Positions 24,001 through 36,302 of a stretch of 64,000 bases of DNA are shown one piece after another. The stretch is from Felis catus (taxonomy: Eukaryota), in the NCBI RefSeq assembly GCF_018350175.1, contig NC_058381.1, forward strand, positions 57,908,001 through 57,972,000, read 5' to 3'. The notes below the pieces were generated by a model. That model did no database searches. It saw nothing but the letters and a program-made list of their open reading frames with translations, and had not been told where the DNA came from. Within the stretch, counting starts at the first letter, position 1. Every line of letters starts with the position of its first letter. The position numbers and the translations under genes are program-made.

Positions 24001-24871
24001 GCTAGAATCCTGTGAGAGGCCAAGTCCCGAGATCCCTTGCCAAGCAGCCCTCAAAGTCTACCGAGTTGCACGGTCGGCATGAGGCCCCCCCCCCCCCCAG
24101 TGAGTTTACACCCGGCTTCCAGAGGAGGTGTTAGGAGAGGACAGAAGAGAGCAGACACTGACCGGTCGTGCGTGGAGAAGCTGCTGCTATAGCGAGTGTC
24201 TTTGGCGTACTTGATGACCAAGCACTTGTACTGGGCGATCTGGAAGCGACGGACCCGTCTCATCAGCTCAGTACTGCAAGAGCAGAGCACAGTGGTTAAG
24301 AGGGGGCAAAGAAGACTCTATCAGCACAAGCTGGGCTCCCCACCACCGTCTAGGGGTCTGCAGCCTGACGCCCGCGCCTTTGGACAGAAAGACCAGTGAG
24401 GACAGAGAGGGCATGCTGGGGCAGGACGTGCTCTCCACGTGGGGGGTGGCAAGGGATAACCCCCCAGGTGGCCGGGGGAGGAGGCAGAGAAGTGCAAAGG
24501 CCACAGGCAGAGGGGAGGAGTCCAAAGTAACCTCACTCCAGAGGTCTTCACAGAGTCTGAACTGACGTCACAAAATCCTTTTGTGCCAAAGAGGGCGCTT
24601 TGCCACTGGATCCCAGAGCCCACCTGAGCGTCACTGCAGCTGTCCCCCAGGGCGGAGGGAGGTACTCAGGGGGCTCACCAGCCCACCAGGTCAGCTAGTG
24701 GTCCTGTCACATCGGGGGAGCAAAGGTCCCCTGGCCTGACTCCTTAGTGTTAAATTTTTAGGGGCACCTGGGTGGCACCAGTCCTCGGTTTCGGCTCAGG
24801 TCATGGTCGCCTGGGTGGTGAGTTGGAGCCCGGCATTGGGACCTGCGATGACAGTCTGGAGTCTGGTTGGG

Positions 24872-24911
<40 letters not shown>

Positions 24912-25811
24912 CCTCCCCTGCTGATGCTCACTCTGTCTCTCTCTCTTTAAATAAATAAATACGTAAATGAAATAAACTTAAACTTAGAATACTTAAAGTT
25001 TTACAGGCGCCTCGGTGGCTCAGTCGGTTAAGCCTCCGACTTCGGCTCAGGTCATGATCTCACAGTCTGTGGGTTGGAGCCCCTGCGTGGGGCTCTGTGC
25101 TGACAGCTCAGAGCCTGGAGCCTGCTGGGGATTCTGTGCCTCCCGCTCTCTCTGTTCCTCCCCCACTCACGCTCTTTCTCCCTGCCTCTCAAAAATAAAT
25201 AAACATTGAAAAATGTTAAATACTTAAAATTAAAAAAAAAAAAAATTAGGAGACCTGGCTGCCCCTTTCTGAGAGGGCTCTAGCGAGGGGCCAAACCGTC
25301 AGCAGCTGCACCCGGCTGCGCGAAGGCGCGGGTGGTTATCGGACCCTAATGGGAGGGCCTAAACTGGGCGGGCTGGGAAGGAGAGCCTCCTCTAGGACCG
25401 GATCCAAGGGCGGAGCGGCATCCTGGGCGGGAAAGCGCGGTCGGGCGGTGACGGCTGACCTAGGGGGACTGCACGATGGGGGGCTGTCCGAGAGGGGGGA
25501 CAGACCCGCAAGAGGCGCCAGGGGAGGACAGACCCTCGGGAGGGAGGGGTGGAGGAGGAAGTGGTCCCGGCCCGCCCTGGCCCCGCGAGACCATTACCTT
25601 TTTCCCGAGAACATGGGTCCTAGAATCACCTAGGAGAGAAAGCGGGGTCACTTCGGAGTCCACTGCACACAGACCCCCGGCCACGACCCCGCCCCCGCCC
25701 CCGCCCCCGCCCTCGCCCCCGCGTGCTGGGACCCGCCCCCCGTACCTGGATCTGCCCCCGGGTCTTGCTGGGGGAGCCGGGCAGCACGGTGGGCAGGTTG
25801 ATGCAGCTCAT
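15742..25811 (-). CDS. TK1: Thymidine kinase 1, 237 aa; complement join(25746-25811,25598-25629,24163-24273,21670-21763,16540-16629,16042-16161,15742-15942)
   Basis: [23 protein letters not shown]-loop [17 protein letters not shown], Zn-binding CMEC and CRLC, C-terminal KEN box. All introns are GT-AG and the total is 714 nt. Confidence 0.98.
17861..18095 (+). mobile_element. CanSINE (older)
   Basis: SINE head, long (CT)n tract and A tail. Confidence 0.8.
19462..19708 (+). mobile_element. Young felid CanSINE
   Basis: Variant gggtggcgcagtcggttaagcgtccgacttcagccaggtcacgatc; perfect TSD AAAAATACACATCTA at 19447-19461 and 19709-19723. Confidence 0.92.
20866..21575 (+). mobile_element. Three nested/tandem CanSINEs in TK1 intron 4
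   Basis: Heads at ~20866, ~21068 and ~21274, with nested TSDs. Confidence 0.88.
23033..23250 (+). mobile_element. CanSINE in TK1 intron 3
   Basis: Full SINE with degenerate TSD aaggaggaagaagca / agggagaaagaagca. Confidence 0.88.
23750..23999 (+). mobile_element. MER20 hAT DNA transposon remnant
   Basis: Characteristic ctgtgcattgtgggatgttcagcagcatctctggcctcta...ccagttgtga...cccagacatcgccaaatg. Confidence 0.7.
24761..25245 (+). mobile_element. Two tandem CanSINEs in TK1 intron 2
   Basis: Heads at ~24761 and ~25005, each with a CT tract and A tail. Confidence 0.82.
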
Positions 25812-26116
25812 GGCGCCCCTAGGAAGCTCGCCACTCTGGGACCCTCAGGTGTCACCGCCCAGCTGCCTGGAGCTGGTTCCCGCGCCGCCCGTCTTTATCC
25901 CCGGCGCGCTGGCCAATCGGGAGCCGGCGCCGGCGCCCGGGAGCCAATCAGCGCGCGGCCGCGGACTGGCGGGAGGTTCGACCGCAGCCCTCCCCTAGTG
26001 GGCAGCGCCGAGGACGCGGCGGGCTGACGTCACCAGGACGGCAGGCCCCGCCCCGCCCCGCCCCCCCCCCGCGTAGAAAAGGCAGGCGGGGAGCACCGTC
26101 CCGCGGTAGCGGCGAG
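25812..26116. promoter_or_regulatory. TK1/AFMID bidirectional CpG-island promoter
   Basis: Divergent ATGs 306 bp apart. CCAAT boxes at 25913-25917 and 25944-25948, E2F-like TGGCGGGAG at 25967-25975, palindromic CRE TGACGTCA at 26025-26032, GC boxes at ~26046-26062. Confidence 0.9.
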
Positions 26117-29100
26117 ATGGAAGTTCCCGAGCGGGGTCGCCGGGCCGAGGCTCCCTGGAAGAAGCTGTCTAAGGAGGTAGGCGGGTTGCAGGCGGCGGCT
26201 GGGGCTGAGCTGGGCAGCGCGGAGATTGGATGCAGTTCCAGGAACGGAGCTTCGGAGCCCGTTGACCCACCACCCCCGAGCGCGCCGGCGAGCGCCGGGC
26301 GTGCCTGCTCCAAAAGCTTTGGCGCCCGGGTCTGGTTTGCTTCTGGCCACAGGAAAGCCTTTTAAGGGCAGAGAAGACCGAAGCTGTGCCGATAGCCATC
26401 CAGGGGGCCACGCTGCCGACCTCAAGCGCAGGGTCTCACCGTGCAGGCAGGTCGCAGGATGCTGGATGCAGGAAGGCTGGTGTTTACTGCCGGGTGCTTG
26501 TGAGGGCTGGAAACCACACCGGCAAAGCATGTGTTGTGATCATTCAACTGTAACTTCCTAACCAGTTTCCCCCGCATCTCAGGCAGTGGTTGGTTTGTTT
26601 GGGGGGTTTTGTTAGTTTTTTGTTTTGTTTTGTTTTGTTTTGTTTTATTCTGGCCACTGATACATCTGAGAATCTGGTTAAGTTATGGACACTAACCCCC
26701 CCAAGAAATCCCATTCTCTGTCTCTGTCTCTCTGTCCGCCACACACTTGCCTACAATATCAGAGGACTCTCAGAAACCCGTGGCATTATCATTAGCATAC
26801 TTAAGAACAGTGAGGACGGTGACAAGCAGTCACCGTGTGTGCCAGGGACAGCTGTGAACGTCTGACAGGCACAGATTGTACAGATCTAAAGAACCCTGGC
26901 CAACAACCTCGTTCCGCTCGAGGAGGCAGTAACCCACATTTGAATGGCTGGTTTTACTTCATTTACGTGCCTTATGACCTTTCACCTTGTGAGGCTGCTA
27001 TTTTGCCCATTATATAGATGTGGGAACTGAGACTCAGAGACTATAAGTTGCCCAGGGTAAAACAGCCTGTAAGTGACGGAGCATGGATGGCCCTCAACCC
27101 ATCTGACTCCAGAGCCCCAGATCCTTCTGTGAAGCTACCCTGTCTTCCAGTTTCCCATTTGGGGCTTCACTCTTTCTCCTTGCCTTTGAACTTTTTCTCC
27201 AAAACCTGGTTCTTGTTACTTTTCCACATGAAGGCTGAACATCTTAGCCTGATATGTGAGACCCTCCGTCTTCCGGTCCCAGCTGCCCAGCCTCACCTCT
27301 GTGATTCAGCAGTCTGGCCTATCACTATCTCCAGACCGACCTTTGATTCCCCCCTCCTGAGCCCTGTACCTTTGCTCTGGGCCCTCCTGCAGTCAAAACC
27401 ATGGCCTCTCAGAGATAAGCTCTGCCACACTTTCTCTGCGGTGACCACCCCAGCAACCTGGCCTCCTGCAGTAGGAGTGGTGCCCATGGTGGCATTAACC
27501 AGAACACATTTTATAGGACCTTATCTCCCCTTTAAGGCTGGCCACTAGTTAAAAGCACGGCCATAGCTCCAGACCGTGAATCTGAGAGCCCCTGTGATGT
27601 TGTATCTGAAATACCTAATTAGTTGGTGTCGGGGGAGAGTGGAGAGTGGGATACCAGGGGCTTGAAGGAAGCTGAGGGCCTCTAAAGAGCCTGAGATATT
27701 GGGGAGGGGGCTTCTCAAGGCAGGCATTCGGAGGGGTGGGGGCACGTTGTGTGGAGAACAAAGGTCTTACGGAAACTTCTGTCTGTGTTCCATAGGAGCT
27801 GGAGAATCAGTACAGCCCCAGCAGATGGGTCATCCGACTGGGAGCCGAGGAGGCCCTGAGGACCTACTCACAGATAGGGGATGAGGGTACTGGGGGCCCT
27901 CCCCTTGGATGCTGTGGGTGGTCTCTAGCATATGGCAGTGGTTCAGAATGCTGGGGGCAGGAGGAGGCTCTCGGGACAGTTCCCAAAGTCCAGGTACCAC
28001 GCAAGCCTCTTTGGCTCAGGGCCAGGCATCCAGGAGCCCTCGTCACAGGTCAGCTGGAGGCAGGAAAGGCCCAACAGGCCGTGTTCCACCTCCTCTCCTG
28101 CTCGGCTGACAGTGCCCAGACCAGTAAGGCCACATGCTACAGGGGCACCAGCAAGTAGGGTGAGAAAAAGGCAGGCCTCCCACTTGGCTGAACCTGGACT
28201 GTTATTGATATTTATAAAAAGCAAAAGGGGCTCCTGGGTGGCTCAGTCGGTTGGGCGTCCGACTTCGGCTCAGGTCACCATCTCGCGGTTCATGAGTTCG
28301 AGCCCCGCGTCGGGCTCTGTGCCGACAGCTCGGAGCTTGAAGCCTACTTCCGATCCTGTGTCTCCCCCCTCTCTCTACCCCTCCCCTGCTCACGCTCTGT
28401 GTCTCGCTGTCTCTCAATAATAAATAAACGTTAAAAAAATTTTTTTTTAATTTAAAAAGTAAAACAAAATAAAATGTTGACATTTTGTTGGCCATGGACA
28501 TTTAGCATTAATTATTAATTTTGATTTATATATATATATACATATATATATATACATATATATATATGTATATATATTGCATTTAAATACTATTTATCTT
28601 TATATTGGTCAGCTTGGGCTGCCATTGCAAAATGCCATAGAACGGGTGGCTTAAATGATAGGAATCTGTTTCTCACAGTTCTGGAGGCTAAGAAGGCCCA
28701 AGAGCGAGGTGCTGGCCAGTTTGGTTCCCTGATGAGAGTCCTCCCGGTGTGCAGACAGCTGCCTTTTCCATGCTGTCCTCACATGGCAGAGAGACAGTGA
28801 GAGCTCTGGTCTGTCTTCCTCTCCTTTTAAAAGTTTTTTAAGTTTATTTATTTTGAGAGAGAGAGAGAGAGAGAAAGAGCATGCACGCACGAGCAGGGGA
28901 GGGGCAGAGAGAGAGAGAGAGAATCCCCAGCAGGCTCTGCACTGTCAGCACAGACAGAACCCCATGTGGGGCTCGAACCCACGAACCCTGAGATCCTGAC
29001 CTGAGCCCTTAACCGACTGAGCCACCCAGGTGCCCCCTCTTTCTTTTTTTATTTTTTTTAATTTCTTTTTTAATGTTTATTTTTGAGAGAAAGAGAGGGA

Positions 29101-32100
29101 GAGAGAGAGAGACAGAGCGTGAGTAGGAGGAATGGCAGAGAGGGAGAGAGAGACAGAATCCGAAGCAGGCTCCAGGCTCTGAGCTGTCAGCACAGAGCCC
29201 AACGCAGGGCTTCAACTCACGAACCGCGAGATCGTGACCTGAACCGAAGTCAGATGCTTCACCTACTGAGCCACCCAGGCGTCCCATTCTTCCTCATTTT
29301 ATAAGGCCTCTAATCCTACCATAGCACTTCACCCCATCGAAACCCAACTACCTTCCAAAGTTACCACTGTCATACCATCACGTTACGGGGCAGTGCTTCA
29401 ACATATGAGCGCTGGGGGACACAGACCTTCAGCCCAAAACGAACTTCATGACTGAAGTTTTGGTGCTGACGCCCCCATGCTGTGCCCAGAGCAAGGGCCT
29501 CACCCTGCTCGATGAGGTTAAATAACTTACCCAAGTCACGCAGCTCGTGATGGTAGCCACCGCCCGGAGCCGAGCTTCCAGAAAAGAGTGGGGCAGCCCG
29601 ATGGGGTGAGGTGGGTCGGGCAGTGTCCGTGAGTGCGCAATAGTCGGCCTCTCCTGGAGGTGCTCCCCAGACCTCCTCGGTGCTGCCTGCCGTCTCCAGG
29701 GATTGCCTCCTCCCATGCAAGCTCACAGGGGGCGGCAAAGGCACAGGAAGGGCAAGTGATGAGAAATAGAGCCAGAAAGCCTCTCCACAAAGGACAGAGA
29801 GAGAAAGAAAATAAGTTTTTATTGAATAAGGGTTAAACCAAACTGTGATGTGCACCACAGGCAAGCTGCTAAAGAGACTGTGAAACCAGAAAGAAACCTC
29901 ACCCTTTTTAAAAAAAAAAAGTTTTTATTTGTTTATGCATTTAAGTCATCTTGACGCCCAACGTGGGGCTCAAACTCACGACCCAGAGATCGAGAGTTGC
30001 ACGCCCTGCCTACTGAGCCAGGCAGGCACCCCAGAAACCTCACCCTGTTATGCAGGCAGGCAGATATACCCCCACTGCATACCTGTTCTCAAGATAAATG
30101 ATAGCTGTGCTGAAGCAGGTGGCCTCACAGTGCCACTTGTCCCCCTAGATCTTCCTAAGTCCACCTGGTAATGAGGGTGGCCATCTGTGCTTGCCAATTG
30201 CCTTTATCCAGAAGAAAAAGAAACCTTCCCATAGCTTAACAACAAAGTAGTTTTGTAACTTGGAGCCGGGCACCTGCAGAAGGTAGGCTCCTGTCTGACC
30301 GCAGAATCTGGGGGTAGGGGCACTGTATTTTGATGATTACGTTGCAAAGTGATGACGACCCAGGTCCTGGAGGAAAACATTCCGAGGTTGGAAAACTGGC
30401 AAGAGACTCATTTAGCTCTTCAAAATATTTACGTACACTTCAAAGGGGAGAGAAAAGATTCATAAAGAGTTTCTCAAAATAACTGCTCTAAGAAAAGGGA
30501 AGGAGGAGGCTCTCTTTTCCTTTTCTGCACCAGGGAGACTTAATCTCTCTCTCTCTCTCTCTCTCATACTTTGATTTGTATTCATCCTCATGGCCATCAA
30601 CCTATTAACTGGCAGGGGGGCGGTGTTCTTTACTAGCAAGTAGACAGACCACCTTTATCTGCCACAAAGACCTGGCCTCCCTCAGCCCAGGGGACTGCTC
30701 GGTGAGCAGGGGCAGAAAGCAGAGGCGAGCTGGCAGGACAGGTTTCCAGAACTATTTCCTCTCTCAGTAGTTTTAGACTTGTTTTACCGAGACCCTTAGT
30801 GTCGTAGACTCTGGGTCTAGAGTTCTTTCTTGTCCAGCAAGAAAGCGGGACGCAGGATTAAAATCCGAGAGACGGCTAATGCCCGGGAGAAGACAAGAGC
30901 CCCGATTCAGAGTCCTTGCTCTGTTTTTATTGGGATCAGAAGGCTTACAAACATGGTGATGGGTGTGCACAAAGAGACAATAAATCTGTGAACATTAACT
31001 CATGGGCGTGAGGGAAAGGGGGGTTTGAAGATATATGGTGTTAGGGGTTTGGGTCAATATAAAACAAAATCCTGCCGCTGGGCAGATGGTTGTTAACGGC
31101 AGACAGGAGGCGCCGTGTCTGTTTGTCTTAGGTAGCCTAGGTGATGAGACGGACCGAGTGTGCTACCTCAGGGTCAGCAAGGCACCTTTCTTTTGATAAT
31201 TAGCTCCTCTCTGGGCCACTTCACCGCACAGAGATCTATGGCCCTATTTACCTGTTTACCTAACTTGGTTCTTCCTTCCTGTGAATGCAGCTTTCTGCTA
31301 TAGTACTAAATTGGGGGGTCCGCCCTGAATACCTAATCTTATTTACCGCATATACCTTTGTATCGGGGCCTTTGCCCCACCCTCTCTCTATTTGTTTACC
31401 CAGACTTGGGTGTGAGCATCCTATGGCTTTGCAATTCTTTATGCCTTGTTAACCCATCAGTGCAGGCTCAGGGAATTCCTAAGCTTATTCCCCACCTCTT
31501 AGTACCAATACATTGTACACGAAATGAGGGAGGGGTACATGGATGGCTAGATGGATGGATGAATAAGGTAGGTAGGTGGGTAGGTTGGCAGATAGGCAGA
31601 TACTGAACTGCCGTCTGGGCGCCCTGCCTCTGCTAGCTTCCGGCAGGTCCTAGTCCACGCCCCTCTCCAGGAGAACCAATCACCAGTGACGTGGGTGGAG
31701 CCTCTACTAGGGATCCCCACCCCACTACCTTCGCAGGCTCCCGGCTTGGGCTTTTCCCTCTCCACCGGAAAAGTGAAAGGAGAAAAACAAAGGCACAAAA
31801 GATACAAGCCCCAATTTTGTTGGACTGTGCTACGGTACATATAAAATTGACCATTCTAACCATTTTAAAGCGTACAATTCGGTAGCGTTTAGAACCTTCA
31901 AGATTTGTGCAGCCATCATCAGTACCTTGTTCCAAATATCATTTTCGTTGCCTCAGAAGGAGCCCTACCATCAGTCACTCCCCATTTCCCCCCCTCGCCG
32001 TCTCTGTCTACGGATTTACCTATTCTGGACACCCGGTCGGAATGGAATCCTACACGTACATGTGGCCTTTTGTGGCCGGCTTCTTGGCATAATGTTCTGG

Positions 32101-35100
32101 AGCTCCATCCACGGTATATAATGCCGATCACTACTTCACGCGTTCGTCGTATGGACCTACCACGTCTTGTTTATTCACTGACAGACATGTGGGCTGTCCG
32201 CCTTTTGACAACTGTGAATAGGGCTGCTGTGAACATCCGCGTACACGTTTTCGTTTGAAAGCTCTTGATTTCTTATTACTAAGACCAGTAGACAAAGCCG
32301 TTGGACACAATTGCATACATTCCAAATGCTTACTTTCACTTTGCATATTTAGCTCATCATAGACCAGTAGCAAACAGGGTAGGGCTCCCAGTATCCCCAG
32401 ATCGCAGGCCAAGCAGCCCTGCTCTGAGCCACCTTGACTATTTTTTGGTAACCATTGTTTTCCTATTACAAAAGGAGCATATGCTTACTCAAATAGATTT
32501 ACAAAATAAAATCCTCAATAATTCCACCACCCATCGTTGACCAGAGGGTGGCTGATGGGACCCTGCCATTTTTTAAAGTGCTGCCACAGCCTGGAATAAG
32601 GTCTTCAGCCTTTCTGGGACCGTGTGGTCCCCCTGCTGTATCTTGCATAAGTCCCTAAGGACTCTGGTCTCCACTTCCTCTAATCCCCCTGACATGTGCT
32701 CTGGATGGGTCCCCGGGCCTGGGGTTTCTGTCTGTAAGAGTTTGGATACTTTCAGTTGCAAATAATAGAAACTGAGTTTCTTCAGTATCAAAAAGAGGAC
32801 GTTTTAATGAGGTCTATTCATTGACGTCCTCCCGTGTTCCTGCCCTGGGGTCCAGAGACTGGAGGGCTGGTGGTGTTCACCCTCGGTGGGGAGGCTGTGA
32901 GTCACCTCGTTCTCTGCCCCTGCACCCAGCTGCCCGTCACCAGCCGCGGGGTCCACTCCTGGAGAGAAACAGTTCCTCTCTTTCTCAGGGTCAGCTGAGT
33001 TTTTTAATATCTGAGGGAGACACGCCCATGATAGTGCATGTCTACAGCTGTGTGGTTTGAATCACTCTTCAACTCAGAACGTAAATTTCATAGTCTTTTC
33101 TTAGTTCTGGCACAAAAGGAATCTGGCTGGTCCATGTATACTTTAAGAACTCTTGAGAAGGGGCGCCTGGGTGGCTCAGTCGGTTAAGCCTCTAACTCTC
33201 GGTTTCAGCTCAGGTCATGATTTCACAGTTCATGAGATCGAGCCTCACGTCAGCCTCTGTGCTGACAATGCAGAACTTGCTTGGGATTCTCTCTGTCTCT
33301 CTCTGCTCCTCCCCTGCTCGCTTGCGTGCTCTCTCAAATAAATAAATAAACTTTTTTTTAAAAAAGGACAAATGAATAGACCTACTAATGCAGAAATTCC
33401 ACTGCTGAGAGTGCTTCCTTCAGACCCCCACACACAGTGGTGACGTGTGCACGGGGCTGATCACGGCAGGGTTACTTGTGCTAACCCAGCCCAGATGCCT
33501 CCATTCAATGAATATTTACTGGGTGCCTGACATGTACTGGTCACTCATTTTGTGCACGGAATACATCAGTGAGCAAAGCACACAAACCCCTGCCCGTGCA
33601 TCGATGTGAATCTTTTTCTCTTTCTTATTTTATTATTTAAAAATAATTTTTTTAACTTTTGTTTATTTTGGAAGAGAGAGAAAGCTCGTGCACGTACGCA
33701 CAAGCAGGGGAGGGGCAGAGAGGAGAGACAGAATCCCAAACCGGCTCCTGGCCATCAGCGCAGAGCCTGGTGCAGGGCTCACACTCACAAATTGTGAGTT
33801 GTTGTTTTTTTTTTTTTTTTTTTTTTTTGAGCAGCAGGCAAAGGTTTACTAGAGTATAAGATCAGAAAGCAAGAGGAGTATGAAAGCTCTCTTTACAGAG
33901 AGGGGGGCATTCAAAAGTGAATGCCCCACAAGTTGTGAGATCATGACCTGAGCTGAGATCAAGAGTCGGAGGCTTAACCGACTGCGCCCCCCCTGGTGCC
34001 CCCCTTCTTACTGTATTATTGAAATACAGTTGACTTACAAGGTATATTAATTTCAGGTGTATAACGCAATGATTCAACAGTTCTCTACATGACTCTGTGC
34101 TCATCATGAGAAGTGGAGTCACCATCTGTCACCTTCCACGTTATCACAGTGGTATTGACTGTATTCTCTGTCTTTCACTGTGATTCTTTTTTTTTTTTGG
34201 AGAGACAGAGACAGAGTGCAGGTGGGGGAGGGGCAGAGAGCGAGGGAGACACAGAATCGGAAGGAGGCAGGTTCTGAGCCGTCAGCTCTAACTCATGAAT
34301 CGAGAGATCATGACCTGGGTCGAAATAAGACGCTTCACTGACGGAGCCACCCAGGTGCCCTGGTCGTGAGTCTTAACGGGGCAGGGGAAGAGGACAAAGT
34401 CAATGCCGTGGTCCGTTAGAAGGGACAAGCGCTCTGGCAGTATGGAGCAGGCAAGGCGGGTGCTGGACAGTGGGTGTTAGGGTGGCCAGGGTCGACCCCT
34501 AGAGGAAGGTGTGCTGGGCAGGGTTGATTTTGTAGAGCCCCAGGGCTTTTGGGGGTCGTGTGTCAGATGCTGTGGACTGAATCTTTGTGCCCTCCCCAGA
34601 TTCACATGTTGAAGCCTTAACCCTTAGGGTGGCTGTATTTGGAGTGATTGGGTGAATTGAGGTCATAAGCGTGGGGTCCCGACCTGGCTGGATTCTTAGA
34701 AGAGACGCCCGAGGGCTTGCCTCCCTAGAGAGGCCAAGAGCCCCACAGGCCCACCCAGAAGAGGCGCGTATGCACCCAGTGAGCAGGTGGCCACCCGCCA
34801 CCCTAGGGGAGGGCCGTCCCCAGACACAAGCCCCTCTGGCGCCTGGATCTAGGCCTTCTGGGACCCAGAACTGTGAAACGTAAGTGTAGGTTAAGCCTCC
34901 GCACCCTGTGGTATTTGGTCACAGCAGTGGGAGCCAGCTCGCGCAGGAGCCCCGGACGGACTTGAACCTGAGAGGGAAAGGTGCGCCCAGGACTGGCTCA
35001 CACCTGTGGCCGGAGGGCACTTGGAAGAAGTAGGAAAAGCCGCGAGGGCCGCCCTTGCTTCCAGCGGAGAAGGGGAGGGACATCCAACAAGGGAGTCGCG

Positions 35101-35624
35101 GGGAGGCGGGAGGAGACACACGGAGAGGATTTCCTGATGACGGGATGTGGTTTGTTGGGCCTGCGCAACTGGCATGCCTGGTTAGCACGCAACCCTCAGA
35201 TGGAATATAAGAGCGAAGGAAGGTCTATGTGCAGATGGGGAAAGCTCTCCAAGAAACACTACGCGAAGTGGGCAGGGCAGACACGTATTTTATATGCTGC
35301 CATTTGGACGAAAGGTTGAGAGGGTCTATACCCGTGTTAGTAACGGAGGTCACTTGGGCAAGGGGCCGGGAAAGCAGGCAGGCGAGAGGCGGTGAGGGAA
35401 CGTTTCACTGGAAACCCTTTTTTTTTTTTTTTTTTTTTAACGTGTATTTATTGGGAGAGGTGGGGGAGGGGCAGAGAGAGAGGGAGAGAAAGAGAATCCC
35501 AGACAGACTCTGCGTTGTCAGTGCAGACGTGGAGTTCAGTCTCAGAACCATGAGATCATGACCTGAGCTGAAATCAAGAGTGGGACGTTAACCGGCTGAG
35601 CCACCCAGGCACCCATAGGAAGCC

Positions 35625-35667
<43 letters not shown>

Positions 35668-36267
35668 CCATACAAACATATTGTGTCTCCATAAGAAAAA
35701 TTAATGACAGGGGCGCCTGGGTGGCTCAGTCGATTGAGCGTCCAACTTTGGCTCAGGTCATGATCTCGCGGTTCGTGAGTTCGAGCCCCGCGTCGGGCTC
35801 TGTGCTGACAGCTCGGGGCCTGGAGCCTGCTTCGGATTCTGCGTCTCCCTCTCTGCTCCTCCCCCTGCTCACACACTCTCTCTCCCTCAGAAATAAATAA
35901 ACATTAAAACAATTATCTAATTAATAATAGATCCATTCCGTAAAGCATGGTCTTCAGAGTGAGCTGTGTCCAGTGTGGCCGGCACAGGGGGAGCCTGTTT
36001 TGTTCCGTTCGTTAGACACTTGCAGGAGTCACACCTCAGGCTCTCTGAGCAGCTGGTCGCTTTGGGAGATGGGAAGTCTCCCCCTACCGCTGCCCAGCAC
36101 CAGAGAGGGAGCAGGGACGCACAGCAAGCCACATCTCTCTCCTCTAAGAAGCTTTGTCTCCTTTCACTCTCAGGACAGGGGCGTCCGTAGACAAGGTCTG
36201 ACAGCAAAACTGGTTTGACAGCCCCTTGGCCTGTTCTGCAGAGGCAGCCTGGTCTCTGGTTTTGGCA

Positions 36268-36302
<35 letters not shown>

